NCBI GenBank assembly: GCA_041691135.1
Contig: JBEPVF010000001.1
Location: forward strand, 96,001 to 160,000
Source: Candidatus Peribacteria bacterium
GTDB taxonomy: Bacteria > Patescibacteriota > Gracilibacteria > Peribacterales > Peribacteraceae
Length of the DNA: 64,000 nucleotides
Direction: 5' to 3'
Positions within the stretch are counted from its first letter, which is position 1. Each line of letters begins with the position of its first letter. Under the pieces are notes generated by a model. That model was given only the letters and a program-made list of their open reading frames with translations, made no database searches and had not been told where the DNA came from. The position numbers and the translations under genes were made by a program. This document shows, piece after piece, positions 44,290 to 53,997 of the stretch.

Positions 44290-46422
44290 TCAGACGGTTT
44301 CAATCGGATCGACATCGATCACTGCATCGCCTACCGCGCGATCACGAAGCAATTCGCGGGGATGTTCGCCGCGCAACAGGACTTGCCACACTTTGCCGCC
44401 GCCAAAAAAAGTAGGCGCACACTTGGCGGTGATGCGGAGTGTTTGGGCATCGATGGCTTGCTGCAGCTGCATGGTCAATTTTTTCGCCTGCACCCCACCC
44501 ATGTCGTCACGCACGATCAGGCGCACCATCTCCTGTGCCGGCGGATAACCGGTGTAGGTACGCAACTTCAATTCCTGATCCAGGTATTTCTCCGTCTCGT
44601 GTTTCGATGCGGCCACAATTTCGGGTGCATCGGGCCGGAATGTTTGGATGATCACCTCACCCTGTTTGGCCCGGCCGCTGCGTCCCGTCAGCTGTGTAAG
44701 GAGCTGGAAAATGCGCTCTCCGGCGCGAAAATGGGGAAGTGATAGTCCTACATCCGCCAGAATGACGGCCGCGAGCGTCACTTCCGGAAGGTCCAATCCC
44801 TTCACGACCGACTGTGTCCCCAAAAGAATGTCTGCTTTTCGTTCGCGCATCATGTGCAGCAGTTCGCGCATCTGTTCCGGATGTGCCAACGTATCGGCAT
44901 CGGCACGCAGAATGCGGGCCTGCGGAAACTTACGGCGCAGAATATCTTCTACTTTTTGAGTCCCCGCTCCGACGGCAAGCAATTTGGTACTCTGACAATG
45001 CGGACACAGGTTCGGCACATCAGCCGTGAGTCCTGATGTGTGATCGAGCAAGTATGGCCGACCGTCACGCGATTGATGAACCGTAAACGGCAATTGCGAT
45101 TCGGGAGAAACAATGCGGCGCCGGCACTGCAGACACAGCAGTGACGTGGCAATTCCTCTGCGATTCAAAAACAGGACGGACTGCTCATGCCTGCGCAAAC
45201 GATCCTCGATGGCATCGAGTAATGGCGGTGAGAACGGATACATGCTGCCGAAATTCACCTGTGCCAAATCGACGATCTTCACATCAGGCAGCGCTTGCTC
45301 GCGATAACGCTGCGGCAGTCTTTCCAAGTGATACCGTCCTTCGCGCGCGCGCGTCCAGGCTTCGAGCGAAGGCGTGGCCGTGCCAAATACCAGCTTCGCA
45401 CCGAACTGATTACACAGTTCTTCGGCCACTTCGCGGGCATGGTAGCGCGGCGTCTGCTCATTCTTGTACGTCCATTCATGTTCTTCGTCGATGATCACGA
45501 GTCCGAGGTATCGCATGGGTGCGAACAACGCGCTGCGCGAACCCAGTACCAAACTGATTTCGCCGCGATGCACGCGTTGCCATAGATTTCGTCGCGCGGC
45601 CGGTGTCAGGCGACTATGAATGACGGCGATGCTGCTGCGATCGAGCAGCGCCTGGTAACGGTGAATACTGTGTTCGGTCAGCAGAATTTCGGGTACCAAC
45701 ACGATTGCCTGCTTTCCTTTCTTCAAAGCGTCGACGATCAACTGTGCGTAAATTTCAGTCTTCCCCGAACCGGTGATACCGAACAGAAGTGATGGCCGGG
45801 GATCGTGGCGTATGGATTCCTCCACTTTTTCCTGCAACGGAGTAAGAGCGGGCAATTGCTTGAGCGAGGCACTGAAATTTGCGGCATGAGAGGACGCTTC
45901 ACGTGATTCTTCTTCGATAAAACCTTTGGTCACCAGTCCGCGAAGCGTCGCTTTCGAGCTGCCTGATTCGCGCAGAAGCTCATCCTCCGACAACCAATCT
46001 TTACCGGTCAGTGTTTCGAGCAACGTCTGCTGCTTTTTGCCGCGAATTATCGATATGTCTTTTCCGGATAAGCGATAGGCGTTGGTCTTTTTTGGCAGAA
46101 GCTTGATCCACGGCGGTGCCGGTAACCACACGCCGATTGCCTGACGGAGTGTCGTCAAATAATAATCCGCCATCCAACGCACGGTCGCAATTTGCTCCGG
46201 ACTCAGCAGTGGCGTCGGATGAAAAACACCGTGGACTTTCTTCAGATCATACTCAGTGGCCGGCGCATCGTTTCGAACGTCTGTTACGATCGCCTCCACC
46301 AATTTATTCCTCAGTGGAACACGCACCAGCATTCCCGGCTGCAACTGCAAATCTCCTGCGTCGTACGTCAGCCCATTACCGATTCCCCCGGATTTCGATG
46401 CAGTAAGGACGGTGCAATACAT
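44290..46422 (-). CDS. priA: Primosomal protein N' (PriA helicase)
   Basis: GITGSGKTE, VPEI, GSRSA, DEEH, TATPS, LNRRG, KGLD, QLTGRSGR. Confidence 0.95.
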   Translation of the reverse strand: MYCTVLTASKSGGIGNGLTYDAGDLQLQPGMLVRVPLRNKLVEAIVTDVRNDAPATEYDLKKVHGVFHPTPLLSPEQIATVRWMADYYLTTLRQAIGVWLPAPPWIKLLPKKTNAYRLSGKDISIIRGKKQQTLLETLTGKDWLSEDELLRESGSSKATLRGLVTKGFIEEESREASSHAANFSASLKQLPALTPLQEKVEESIRHDPRPSLLFGITGSGKTEIYAQLIVDALKKGKQAIVLVPEILLTEHSIHRYQALLDRSSIAVIHSRLTPAARRNLWQRVHRGEISLVLGSRSALFAPMRYLGLVIIDEEHEWTYKNEQTPRYHAREVAEELCNQFGAKLVFGTATPSLEAWTRAREGRYHLERLPQRYREQALPDVKIVDLAQVNFGSMYPFSPPLLDAIEDRLRRHEQSVLFLNRRGIATSLLCLQCRRRIVSPESQLPFTVHQSRDGRPYLLDHTSGLTADVPNLCPHCQSTKLLAVGAGTQKVEDILRRKFPQARILRADADTLAHPEQMRELLHMMRERKADILLGTQSVVKGLDLPEVTLAAVILADVGLSLPHFRAGERIFQLLTQLTGRSGRAKQGEVIIQTFRPDAPEIVAASKHETEKYLDQELKLRTYTGYPPAQEMVRLIVRDDMGGVQAKKLTMQLQQAIDAQTLRITAKCAPTFFGGGKVWQVLLRGEHPRELLRDRAVGDAVIDVDPIETV

Positions 46423-46472
46423 GCGACTAGCATAGCAGGTGCACCTTTGTATACCTACATCGTCTGAAGCGC

Positions 46473-47804
46473 TTAATCAAAACCAAACATTCCCGGTTTC
46501 TTCTGACCAGGTCCTGCAGGGCGGTGTCCGCCATGTGGCCGTCGGTGGTCTGGCGTTCGTCCGGGTCGTTGCTGCCCTTCACGGGGTCGATGATCCGTGC
46601 GCGGCGTGTAATTCGTGCGAGCGCTTTGCATGGAACCTGATGCCGGATCTTCCACACGTCGTGGCGGAGGAAGGTCTGTAGGTAGAGCGGCACGCTTGAT
46701 AGTCGTGCGTACCAGTCTTTCGATATTGCGAATTTCACTCTGCTGATCCGGTGTCGCGAACGATACTGCCCGGCCTGCGTGTCCTGCCCGGCCGGTACGT
46801 CCGATACGATGGACGTAGTCTTCGGGATTATCCGGCAGATCGTAGTTGATCACGAGCTCGATCTCTTTCACATCGATGCCGCGCGCAGCGATGTCGGTGG
46901 CGATGAGCACGCGGTAGCGACCGCGCTTGAATCCTTCGAGCGCTTCGCGCCGCTGACTTAAGGACTTATTGGCATGCAGTTCTGCAACCGTATGGCCCAT
47001 CGACTTCACGCTGCGGGCCATTTTTTTAGCCCCATGTTTGGTGCGCGAGAACACGAGCACCGTTCCCTTCACCGTACTCAAAATGGATTCTAGTAATCGA
47101 ATTTTTTCTTCCTTGCGGACCATGATGAGCTCCTGCTCGACGCGGTCAGCGGTCGTACCTTGCGGCGCGACTTCGATGCGCAACGGTAACTTCATATGCG
47201 CCGATGCCAGTTGCATGATGGCGTGCGGCATCGTCGCCGAGAACAACATCGTCTGACGATCGGCCGGAACTTGTTTGATGATGCGCTGAATGGCGGGTGC
47301 GAATCCCATGTCGAACATGCGATCGGCTTCGTCGAGCACCAGAATGCTCACTTCACGCAGCGTGACAGTGCCTTGCTGCAGGTGATCGAGTAAACGACCG
47401 GGTGTGGCGATCAGAATGCGAGGATTCCGCTTGAGCATCTGGAGCTGCAATCGCATCGACGCACCGCCGATGAAGACGGCAGTATTGATACCGAGGACCG
47501 GTGTGAACTTGCGCAGCGCCTCATCCACCTGTTGGGCTAACTCGCGTGTCGGCAAAACGATGAGCCCGCGACCGCCTTTCTCCATCAGTCGCTGGAGCAT
47601 GGGAATACCGAATGCCAGTGTCTTCCCGGTGCCCGTTTGGGCGATTCCTACCACATCTTTGCCCGCAATAGCCGGAGGAATAGCCTGATGCTGAATCGGC
47701 GTCGGTATCTTGAATTGAAGCTTATCGAGCTCCTGCAAAAGACGCTCGTTAATACCAAGTTGTGAAAATTTTACATCAGATCCGTTGGTTTGTTCTGTAG
47801 GCAT
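46473..47804 (-). CDS. DEAD-box RNA helicase (RhlE-like)
   Basis: AQTGTGKT, PTRELA, TPGRL, DEAD, SAT, ARGID, HRIGRTGR. Confidence 0.95.
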   Translation of the reverse strand: MPTEQTNGSDVKFSQLGINERLLQELDKLQFKIPTPIQHQAIPPAIAGKDVVGIAQTGTGKTLAFGIPMLQRLMEKGGRGLIVLPTRELAQQVDEALRKFTPVLGINTAVFIGGASMRLQLQMLKRNPRILIATPGRLLDHLQQGTVTLREVSILVLDEADRMFDMGFAPAIQRIIKQVPADRQTMLFSATMPHAIMQLASAHMKLPLRIEVAPQGTTADRVEQELIMVRKEEKIRLLESILSTVKGTVLVFSRTKHGAKKMARSVKSMGHTVAELHANKSLSQRREALEGFKRGRYRVLIATDIAARGIDVKEIELVINYDLPDNPEDYVHRIGRTGRAGHAGRAVSFATPDQQSEIRNIERLVRTTIKRAALPTDLPPPRRVEDPASGSMQSARTNYTPRTDHRPREGQQRPGRTPDHRRPHGGHRPAGPGQKKPGMFGFD

Positions 47805-47923
47805 GGGCGGATTCTACTCCTTAATTGTCATAAAGACTAATTATTTTACAATATAATATTAAGGTCCTAGAAAGTGATCGAAAACAGGGACAGCGTCATT
47901 TATTAAAGTATAATGGCAGAACT

Positions 47924-48568
47924 ATGAAGATCACCAAATACGGACACTGCTGCATGTTGGTAGAAGAGAAAGGACTCAGAATTCTGATCGATCCGGGCAG
48001 TCTGACCGAAAGCAAACAGCCAACGGAAAATATCGATGTCGTTTTGATCACACATGAACACGCCGATCATTTCCACGTACCTTCGCTCAAAGCCATCCTT
48101 GCCGATAGTCCCCAGGCGAAGATCTACACCATCAAGAGTGTGGGCGATTTACTGGAAAAAGAAGGAACGAAATTTTCACTTCTTACCCATGGTCAATCAG
48201 CAACAGAAGGTGAAGTACTCATCGAAGCCTTCGGCGAAAAACATGCCGTAATGCATTCTGATGTACCGGTATCCGATAACACCGGTTTCTTCATCGCGGA
48301 GCGATTTTTCTTTCCTGGAGATGCATTCGTCGATCCCGGCAAGCGTCCGGAAATCCTGGCGCTTCCGGTAGCCGGTCCGTGGCTGAAACTATCCGAAGCC
48401 ATCGACTATGCGAAAAGCTTGAAGCCCGATGTGTGCTTCCCTGTTCACGACGGGGTCACTGTTGAATTCATGCGTCCGGCGCTGAGCGTGATGATGCCGG
48501 AACGTCTGCTGAAAATGCATGGTATTCGTGTGCTTCCGGCGAAGGAGGGAGAGATGATGGAATTTTGA
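47924..48568 (+). CDS. Metallo-beta-lactamase-fold hydrolase
   Basis: THEHADH, PGD, PVHD. Confidence 0.9.
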   Translation: MKITKYGHCCMLVEEKGLRILIDPGSLTESKQPTENIDVVLITHEHADHFHVPSLKAILADSPQAKIYTIKSVGDLLEKEGTKFSLLTHGQSATEGEVLIEAFGEKHAVMHSDVPVSDNTGFFIAERFFFPGDAFVDPGKRPEILALPVAGPWLKLSEAIDYAKSLKPDVCFPVHDGVTVEFMRPALSVMMPERLLKMHGIRVLPAKEGEMMEF

Positions 48569-48595
48569 GTTAACAAACAATGGACAAATACACAC

Positions 48596-48865
48596 TTAAG
48601 AATCAGCAAATTTCTCTGCCAGATAATGAATAAGCTGTTTTTTTAAAAATTTCCATCCAGCGCCTCCCTTAAGAAATTTCTCTCTTCCTAGTGCATCCAT
48701 TTTATTTACATATGTCTCACAGTAGATGAGCTTCCATGCTCTCTCCCTTGAAGTCGAAACATTTTCATGCCTATTATGCTGTTCCAATCTTCGCTTCAAA
48801 TTGCTAGTAAATCCAATATACCATTTATCAGTGTCGACGCTTTCGATGACATATACGTGATACAT
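48596..48865 (-). CDS. Stand-alone GIY-YIG nuclease
   Basis: YVI.S..WYIG.TSNLKRRL.QHN..W.LIY.E..A..RE..LK; AT-rich. Confidence 0.9.
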   Translation of the reverse strand: MYHVYVIESVDTDKWYIGFTSNLKRRLEQHNRHENVSTSRERAWKLIYCETYVNKMDALGREKFLKGGAGWKFLKKQLIHYLAEKFADS

Positions 48866-49009
48866 AGATCCATTCTAGGACCGACTAAATATAAAAGTGG
48901 GTCATAAAAAAATTATAGAAAGGCATAAGTTTGTTTCGCTGTTTTCCGTTGCTGTATTAGACGTTCTAAAGCTATGAAGAACTGTCACTTTTTGAAACAG
49001 ATTTTATTA

Positions 49010-49123
49010 AAAGAAAAGCCACGGAAAATCGTTGCGCAATCGCGTGGCACGCAAAGCGGAAATGACAGAAAGTGCGTCGAAGGTTATGGCTGTGCCACGC
49101 GGCGCCGCAGGCGCTTTGCGTGG
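49010..49123 (-). repeat. tRNA-trailer palindromic elements between tRNA-Pro and the GIY-YIG gene
   Basis: CCACGC-aaa-GCGCC-tgc-GGCGC-c-GCGTGG; second unit GCCACG..CGTGGC-TTTTCTTTT; cross inverted repeats. Confidence 0.7.
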
Positions 49124-49197
49124 TCGGGGCGGCGGGACTCGAACTCGCGACCTCCTGGTCCCAAACCAGGCGCTCTAGCCAACTGAGCTACGCCCCG
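49121..49197 (-). tRNA. tRNA-Pro(TGG)
   Basis: CGGGGCG..., CCTGG-TTTGGGA-CCAGG, CCA. Confidence 0.95.
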
Positions 49198-49281
49198 GTG
49201 AAGCGGACAGATAGTACAGCAATTTTTGCGTTGCACCACTGCCTTTCTCTACCGCCAAGATGCATCGTCTGCGTTTTCCAG

Positions 49282-51648
49282 TTATTGACTGGATTGCTCT
49301 AGAGCTGTCGCATGGCTCAATCCGCTCGAATTGATATGAATAACAGGCGATGAGTAGAAAAGATGGCTGATGCCAGAGACTTTCGCTTGGACGTCCTGCG
49401 TGGCTGTGACTTGCGCACGGCTAATACCCGATAATTCCACGTCCGCACTGGTCGTCGTGAATGCACGTGCATCGGTGTTCGATATTCCGCTTCCGTGTAA
49501 CGTGAGCATCTGTCCGGATCCGGACAGTATTATTCGCGACACGCCTGCGTTGTTGATCGTCAGCGCAGTGACGCTCGTCGATGCATCGACACGCATGGCA
49601 CCGTTGATATCCAGACTGGTAAGGGTCGGCAGTGTGACGATGTATTCAACCGGATCCCAACGGCAGAACGGACAGCGGAACACACGTGGCTTATCGTGAT
49701 GTAAATGAAGAATGCCATCGCCATCCACGGAGCTGAGAACTTGTGGAAGACTGGTCGATGTTCCCCGAGCTAGTACGGAATAGCCCGATCCCTGACGCAC
49801 GGTCAGAATGTCATTTCCATTGGCGGCGATTCCCACAAAATTCTGCGCGTCGATACTTTTTTCTTCCGAGTAGACAGGTGTGTTGGTGGGGAAGAGCGGA
49901 ACGATCGGTGCGAAGAGCGAGAAGGCGAATCCGAACACGATCGGCCACATCACCAGCGCAGCCAGAATACGAAACACCGGATACGGACGACCGATGGTCG
50001 CAAGCGACTTGCCGGCGAAAATGAGGAACGCACAGGCGAGGAATGCCGCGGCAAACAGAATCGCTTCGAAGAGGATGGCGTACTGAGGCGTGGCAAATTG
50101 CGGCGAGAGGAACGGGATGCTTAGAAACATATTTGTTTTGTAGAGCATCAGTGCCGCATAGACGATCGCGGCGATTCCGATCCAAGCGGCAATGACAACC
50201 AATCTGCCAATCAAGCGCAGCAAACCGAAAACCAGTCCCTTCACACCGCGCTCCACTTTTTTACCAAATGAATGCTTGGCGTACGTTATGGTTGGATCAT
50301 ACGCATATGCAGCGACGTAGTGTCTATCGGCATCTAGGTCAGGTTCACTGTCGGAAGCATCGGCATCCGCTTTCTTTTCGGATTTGGATGCATGCTGCTC
50401 GCGCGCGCCGCGTTGGTGTGTGTTGCTCGCACCACTCACGGTCACTTTCATTTCCGGCGAACCGTAATACAGCAGGTTACTTGCTCCAGTGACGAAACCC
50501 TCAATTTTTTGCGATATCGACACTTCTGCCCGGCATGCGCCGTTCACTTCCACGTAGCCGGTCTTCACATGATAATTCGATGCGCTGGCCTTCGAGGCAC
50601 CGGATATGTGCAGATCGATTGTTTCGCCGGTGCCCGTCAGATTGAGCATTGATGCGCCTTCGATTTCCGACTTCAGGTGCTTACTGTTTGTGCGACAGCG
50701 GATGGTGGATGCGCCGGTCGCACGCAGTGTGAGTTCGTGGCTCTTGAATCCTTCGATTTCGGCACGGCTGGCGCCCGAAATGATGACGCTTGTCAGCTCC
50801 GGCATCACAATATCGATCGACAACTGATGGAAACCGTGGAACATCGACCGCAACCAGTTCACATGCGATCGCTCGACGTGCAGTTCGCCATTGTCGACAT
50901 AAATACGGAGAGCGCTCAGCTGCCGATTCGGCGCGCGGGCCGTTACTTTCGTAGACTTGCCTTCGCGGATGCGCAGTTGTACGGCGCTGCCGCCGTATAC
51001 CGATGTAAACCCGTGCACGTCAAAATTTTTCGTCGCTTGTTCCAAGTTCTCTTGAATCGCCGAGAGCGTCACTGCCTCACCTTGCATTTCCATCCGCTGC
51101 GTTGGCGTTTTAGCTTCGGGCATGGCAATCCACAAAATGATGTACAGAAGGATGCCGAATCCATGCGTCACAATCGTAAAGACAAAGAAGATGATGCGAA
51201 CGATGACCGGATCGATTTCGAAGTACGCGGCGATTCCCGCGCATACACCGGCCAGTACGCGATTCTGGGTGTCGCGAAAGAATCGCTTGGGGCCGCGCTG
51301 CTGCGAAGAAGATGAACGATAATGCTCTGGTTCTTCATTTTTACTTTCCGACTGCTCCGATCTCGTCGCATGATCAACACTTTCGAACTCGGCAAAATCT
51401 TCAACCGTTCCCATCGACTCGGTCAGCTTCTTTAAATCTTTCAAAGTTATTACTTGCTTGCTCCGTGTCAGTGTTTCGGAAAACTGTTCTGCGATCCGAC
51501 TCTCGATGTCGCTCACGATTTCATCGCGGTCGGGAAACGTCGCAAAGTGATCATGGATGGATCGCAGGTACTCATCTAATACGGCATACGCGTCATCGTC
51601 GACGTGGAACAGGATGCCGCTGATCTGGATACTGATGGTCTTTTTCAT
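49282..51648 (-). CDS. PspC-domain membrane protein with two DUF2807 (GIN-like) regions
   Basis: MKKTISI..F.VDDDAY..L..YL..DIESRIAE; RD..NRVLAGVCAGIAAYF (PspC); repeated SGAS/SGIS strands. Confidence 0.85.
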   Translation of the reverse strand: MKKTISIQISGILFHVDDDAYAVLDEYLRSIHDHFATFPDRDEIVSDIESRIAEQFSETLTRSKQVITLKDLKKLTESMGTVEDFAEFESVDHATRSEQSESKNEEPEHYRSSSSQQRGPKRFFRDTQNRVLAGVCAGIAAYFEIDPVIVRIIFFVFTIVTHGFGILLYIILWIAMPEAKTPTQRMEMQGEAVTLSAIQENLEQATKNFDVHGFTSVYGGSAVQLRIREGKSTKVTARAPNRQLSALRIYVDNGELHVERSHVNWLRSMFHGFHQLSIDIVMPELTSVIISGASRAEIEGFKSHELTLRATGASTIRCRTNSKHLKSEIEGASMLNLTGTGETIDLHISGASKASASNYHVKTGYVEVNGACRAEVSISQKIEGFVTGASNLLYYGSPEMKVTVSGASNTHQRGAREQHASKSEKKADADASDSEPDLDADRHYVAAYAYDPTITYAKHSFGKKVERGVKGLVFGLLRLIGRLVVIAAWIGIAAIVYAALMLYKTNMFLSIPFLSPQFATPQYAILFEAILFAAAFLACAFLIFAGKSLATIGRPYPVFRILAALVMWPIVFGFAFSLFAPIVPLFPTNTPVYSEEKSIDAQNFVGIAANGNDILTVRQGSGYSVLARGTSTSLPQVLSSVDGDGILHLHHDKPRVFRCPFCRWDPVEYIVTLPTLTSLDINGAMRVDASTSVTALTINNAGVSRIILSGSGQMLTLHGSGISNTDARAFTTTSADVELSGISRAQVTATQDVQAKVSGISHLFYSSPVIHINSSGLSHATALEQSSQ

Positions 51649-51992
51649 GACCGCAAGAGGGAAGTGATGGAAGAGGAGAGGGATTTCCAACTGGCAATGA
51701 GTTTCTTGAGTGAATCCCGACCGTCGCCGGTGAGGCTGTACAGCTTGCGTGGCGGGCCGCTCTTCGATTCCTCCCATTCGTATTCAAGCATTTCTTCTCG
51801 TTTAAGACGGCTGAGCAGGGGATAAATGGTGCCTTCGACGACGACCATATCGATAGAGGCTAATTTCTTCAGAATGTCCGGCGCATAGATGCGAGGGGAC
51901 CGGTCGATAATCAGCAAGATGCAGAATTCCAGAATGCCTTTGCGCATCTGTGACTGGTTTTTCTCGAAGTTTTGCTGCAAATCTGATGTCAT
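51645..51992 (-). CDS. PadR family transcriptional regulator
   Basis: QMRKGILEFCIL, EGTIYPLLSRL, W.ES.SGPPRK.Y.LT..G; ATGA overlap with the PspC gene. Confidence 0.93.
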   Translation of the reverse strand: MTSDLQQNFEKNQSQMRKGILEFCILLIIDRSPRIYAPDILKKLASIDMVVVEGTIYPLLSRLKREEMLEYEWEESKSGPPRKLYSLTGDGRDSLKKLIASWKSLSSSITSLLRS

Positions 51993-52012
51993 GTGAGGAG
52001 AGTGTAGTACAC

Positions 52013-52035
52013 AGTACTTGGTATTGCAAGGTACT
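52013..52035. promoter_or_regulatory. Putative PadR operator
   Basis: Palindrome AGTAC-ttggtattgcaag-GTACT over the padR promoter. Confidence 0.55.
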
Positions 52036-52120
52036 TTATAAGAAAGCACGAATACCGAAATTCGAAAAATGTAGGTTTTTCGAATTTCGGATTTTTCTCG
52101 ACTGGGGTTACAGTTTCCTT

Positions 52121-52864
52121 ATGGCAAATTACTCACTTATCACTGGCGCTACCAGTGGCATCGGTCTCGCCACAGCAAATGCACTGGCCGCTCAGAAAAG
52201 AAATCTGATTCTGATTGCGAGGCGAGAAGAGCGACTAAGCGAAATTAAGAGAACACTAACAGAAGAGCATGGCATTGACGTGAAAATCTTTGCCCTCGAT
52301 CTACGTGACACGGAAGCAGTGACGAAGGTGTTTGATGCGCTCGGTAGCCTGTCGATCGATGTGGCGGTGAACAATGCCGGACTCGCACGCGGGCGCGAAC
52401 CGCTTGAGACGTATGATTGGAATGATATCAGCGAGATGTTTGAGACGAATATCCGCGCATTCACGCTTGTTGCAAAGCTCGCCATTCCATTCCTCAAAAA
52501 GACGGAGGGCCATTTAGTGAACATCAGTTCCATTTCCGCGACCGAAGCGTATGCAAACGGCGCTGTCTATTGCGGTACGAAGGCATACGTAAAAATGGTC
52601 AGCCATGCCCTGCGCATGGAATTGCTCGGAACCAATGTACGTGTCACCGATATCGCACCGGGAATGGTCGATACTGAATTTTCATTGGTTCGTTACCACG
52701 GCGACGACAGCAAGGCGAAACATGTATACGAAGGCTTTGTGCCGTTGCATGCCGAAGACATTGCGGACTGCATTGTGTTTGCATTAAACCGTCCTAAGCA
52801 TGTGAATATTGATACGCTATTGGTGATGCCGACAGCGCAAGCTGGAACGATAGTTCATAAGTAA
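52121..52864 (+). CDS. SDR oxidoreductase (YdfG-like)
   Basis: TGATSGIG, NNAGLA.G, YCGTK, PGMVDTEFS. Confidence 0.92.
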   Translation: MANYSLITGATSGIGLATANALAAQKRNLILIARREERLSEIKRTLTEEHGIDVKIFALDLRDTEAVTKVFDALGSLSIDVAVNNAGLARGREPLETYDWNDISEMFETNIRAFTLVAKLAIPFLKKTEGHLVNISSISATEAYANGAVYCGTKAYVKMVSHALRMELLGTNVRVTDIAPGMVDTEFSLVRYHGDDSKAKHVYEGFVPLHAEDIADCIVFALNRPKHVNIDTLLVMPTAQAGTIVHK

Positions 52865-52873
52865 TAAGACCGC

Positions 52874-53164
52874 TTACCTCCCGGTCCAAGGAACACCTTT
52901 TGGAACCGAAAAAATTTTATTCGCTATATGAATTTCTGACATGTCAAACGGCCTTTTTTCGAGCGGATCTGATGGTTCTAATTTTGCAGTGATTTCATCA
53001 TGGGTTCCTGCTCTGCGTCCACTGATCTCTAAGAGAAGTTCGCGAGTTGAAATGCCCGATAGAGAATGGGAATGCAACTTTGCAGCATTCACAGGTTCAC
53101 CATTTACAAGGCTATCTGTGGAGTCTGCGAATTCGTCCGGCGAATCGACTTTGGAATCAAGCAT
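52874..53164 (-). CDS. Hypothetical protein
   Basis: ORF behind TTGACA-N16-TAGTAT (53217-53190). Confidence 0.45.
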   Translation of the reverse strand: MLDSKVDSPDEFADSTDSLVNGEPVNAAKLHSHSLSGISTRELLLEISGRRAGTHDEITAKLEPSDPLEKRPFDMSEIHIANKIFSVPKGVPWTGR

Positions 53165-53274
53165 GGTAAAATGAGAAAAAAGCAGCGGCATACTAATCAT
53201 CTCCACTAACTTGTCAAAATTTTCCTGTGTTAAATCGATCGCAAGGCCTTCAATAAAGGAGTTATACTCTTATT

Positions 53275-53985
53275 ATGACTACACCTCTCCTTGTTAATAC
53301 CCAGTTCGCCCTCTTCTTCGCCCAGCCGCTCCAGAAGCCCGAAGAATTGTGGGACGACATCCGCAACAGCCCATTGGCATCGACTTTCGACCAAACGCCG
53401 CGCATTCAACCGGTGCCGAACGATCCGAATTTGATGGAAGTACCGATACTCCAATTGCAATCGGAGAAAGGACATACCATCCATGTATCTCGCATGCGGG
53501 CTGATTACACATACTTGCATCCACATGGTTCAGCTGAGAGCGACGAGGAGGCGACACCATGGTTTGATGATTTTCAAACATTCTATTCATTCTTCGACGA
53601 GCAGTTGGTGATCCGTCGCCTGGGGTACGTGAAGCGGTACTTTTTCGAGTCGCAGAATCCGGCCGTCGACATCGCCGAACTGTTGAGATTTGATCCGGCA
53701 AGCGTGCAAGGTGGCGCCGTGCACGAAGCCGGTATCCGGTATGTCACGCGTGACCGGTTCGAAAAATTCATTATTAATAACTTCACAAGTATCGAACAAG
53801 CATCTGCCACCGGGAGCGACGGACAGGTGCTCCAGGGATTTCTGGTTACGCGAGATGTAAACACTGCACCGGAAGAAAATTATCTGTTCGACAGCGACAC
53901 GTTGGCGCAATATTTTATCGAAGCCGAAGAACGACTGGTGAACGGCGTGACAAATCTGTTTGCGAATGGCGGCCCGAAGCTCTAA
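53275..53985 (+). CDS. Hypothetical protein, possibly TIGR04255-like
   Basis: IRRLG...Y.F and D.NT motifs; TATACT 6 nt before the ATG. Confidence 0.6.
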   Translation: MTTPLLVNTQFALFFAQPLQKPEELWDDIRNSPLASTFDQTPRIQPVPNDPNLMEVPILQLQSEKGHTIHVSRMRADYTYLHPHGSAESDEEATPWFDDFQTFYSFFDEQLVIRRLGYVKRYFFESQNPAVDIAELLRFDPASVQGGAVHEAGIRYVTRDRFEKFIINNFTSIEQASATGSDGQVLQGFLVTRDVNTAPEENYLFDSDTLAQYFIEAEERLVNGVTNLFANGGPKL

Positions 53986-53997
53986 ATTTCCTCCTCT

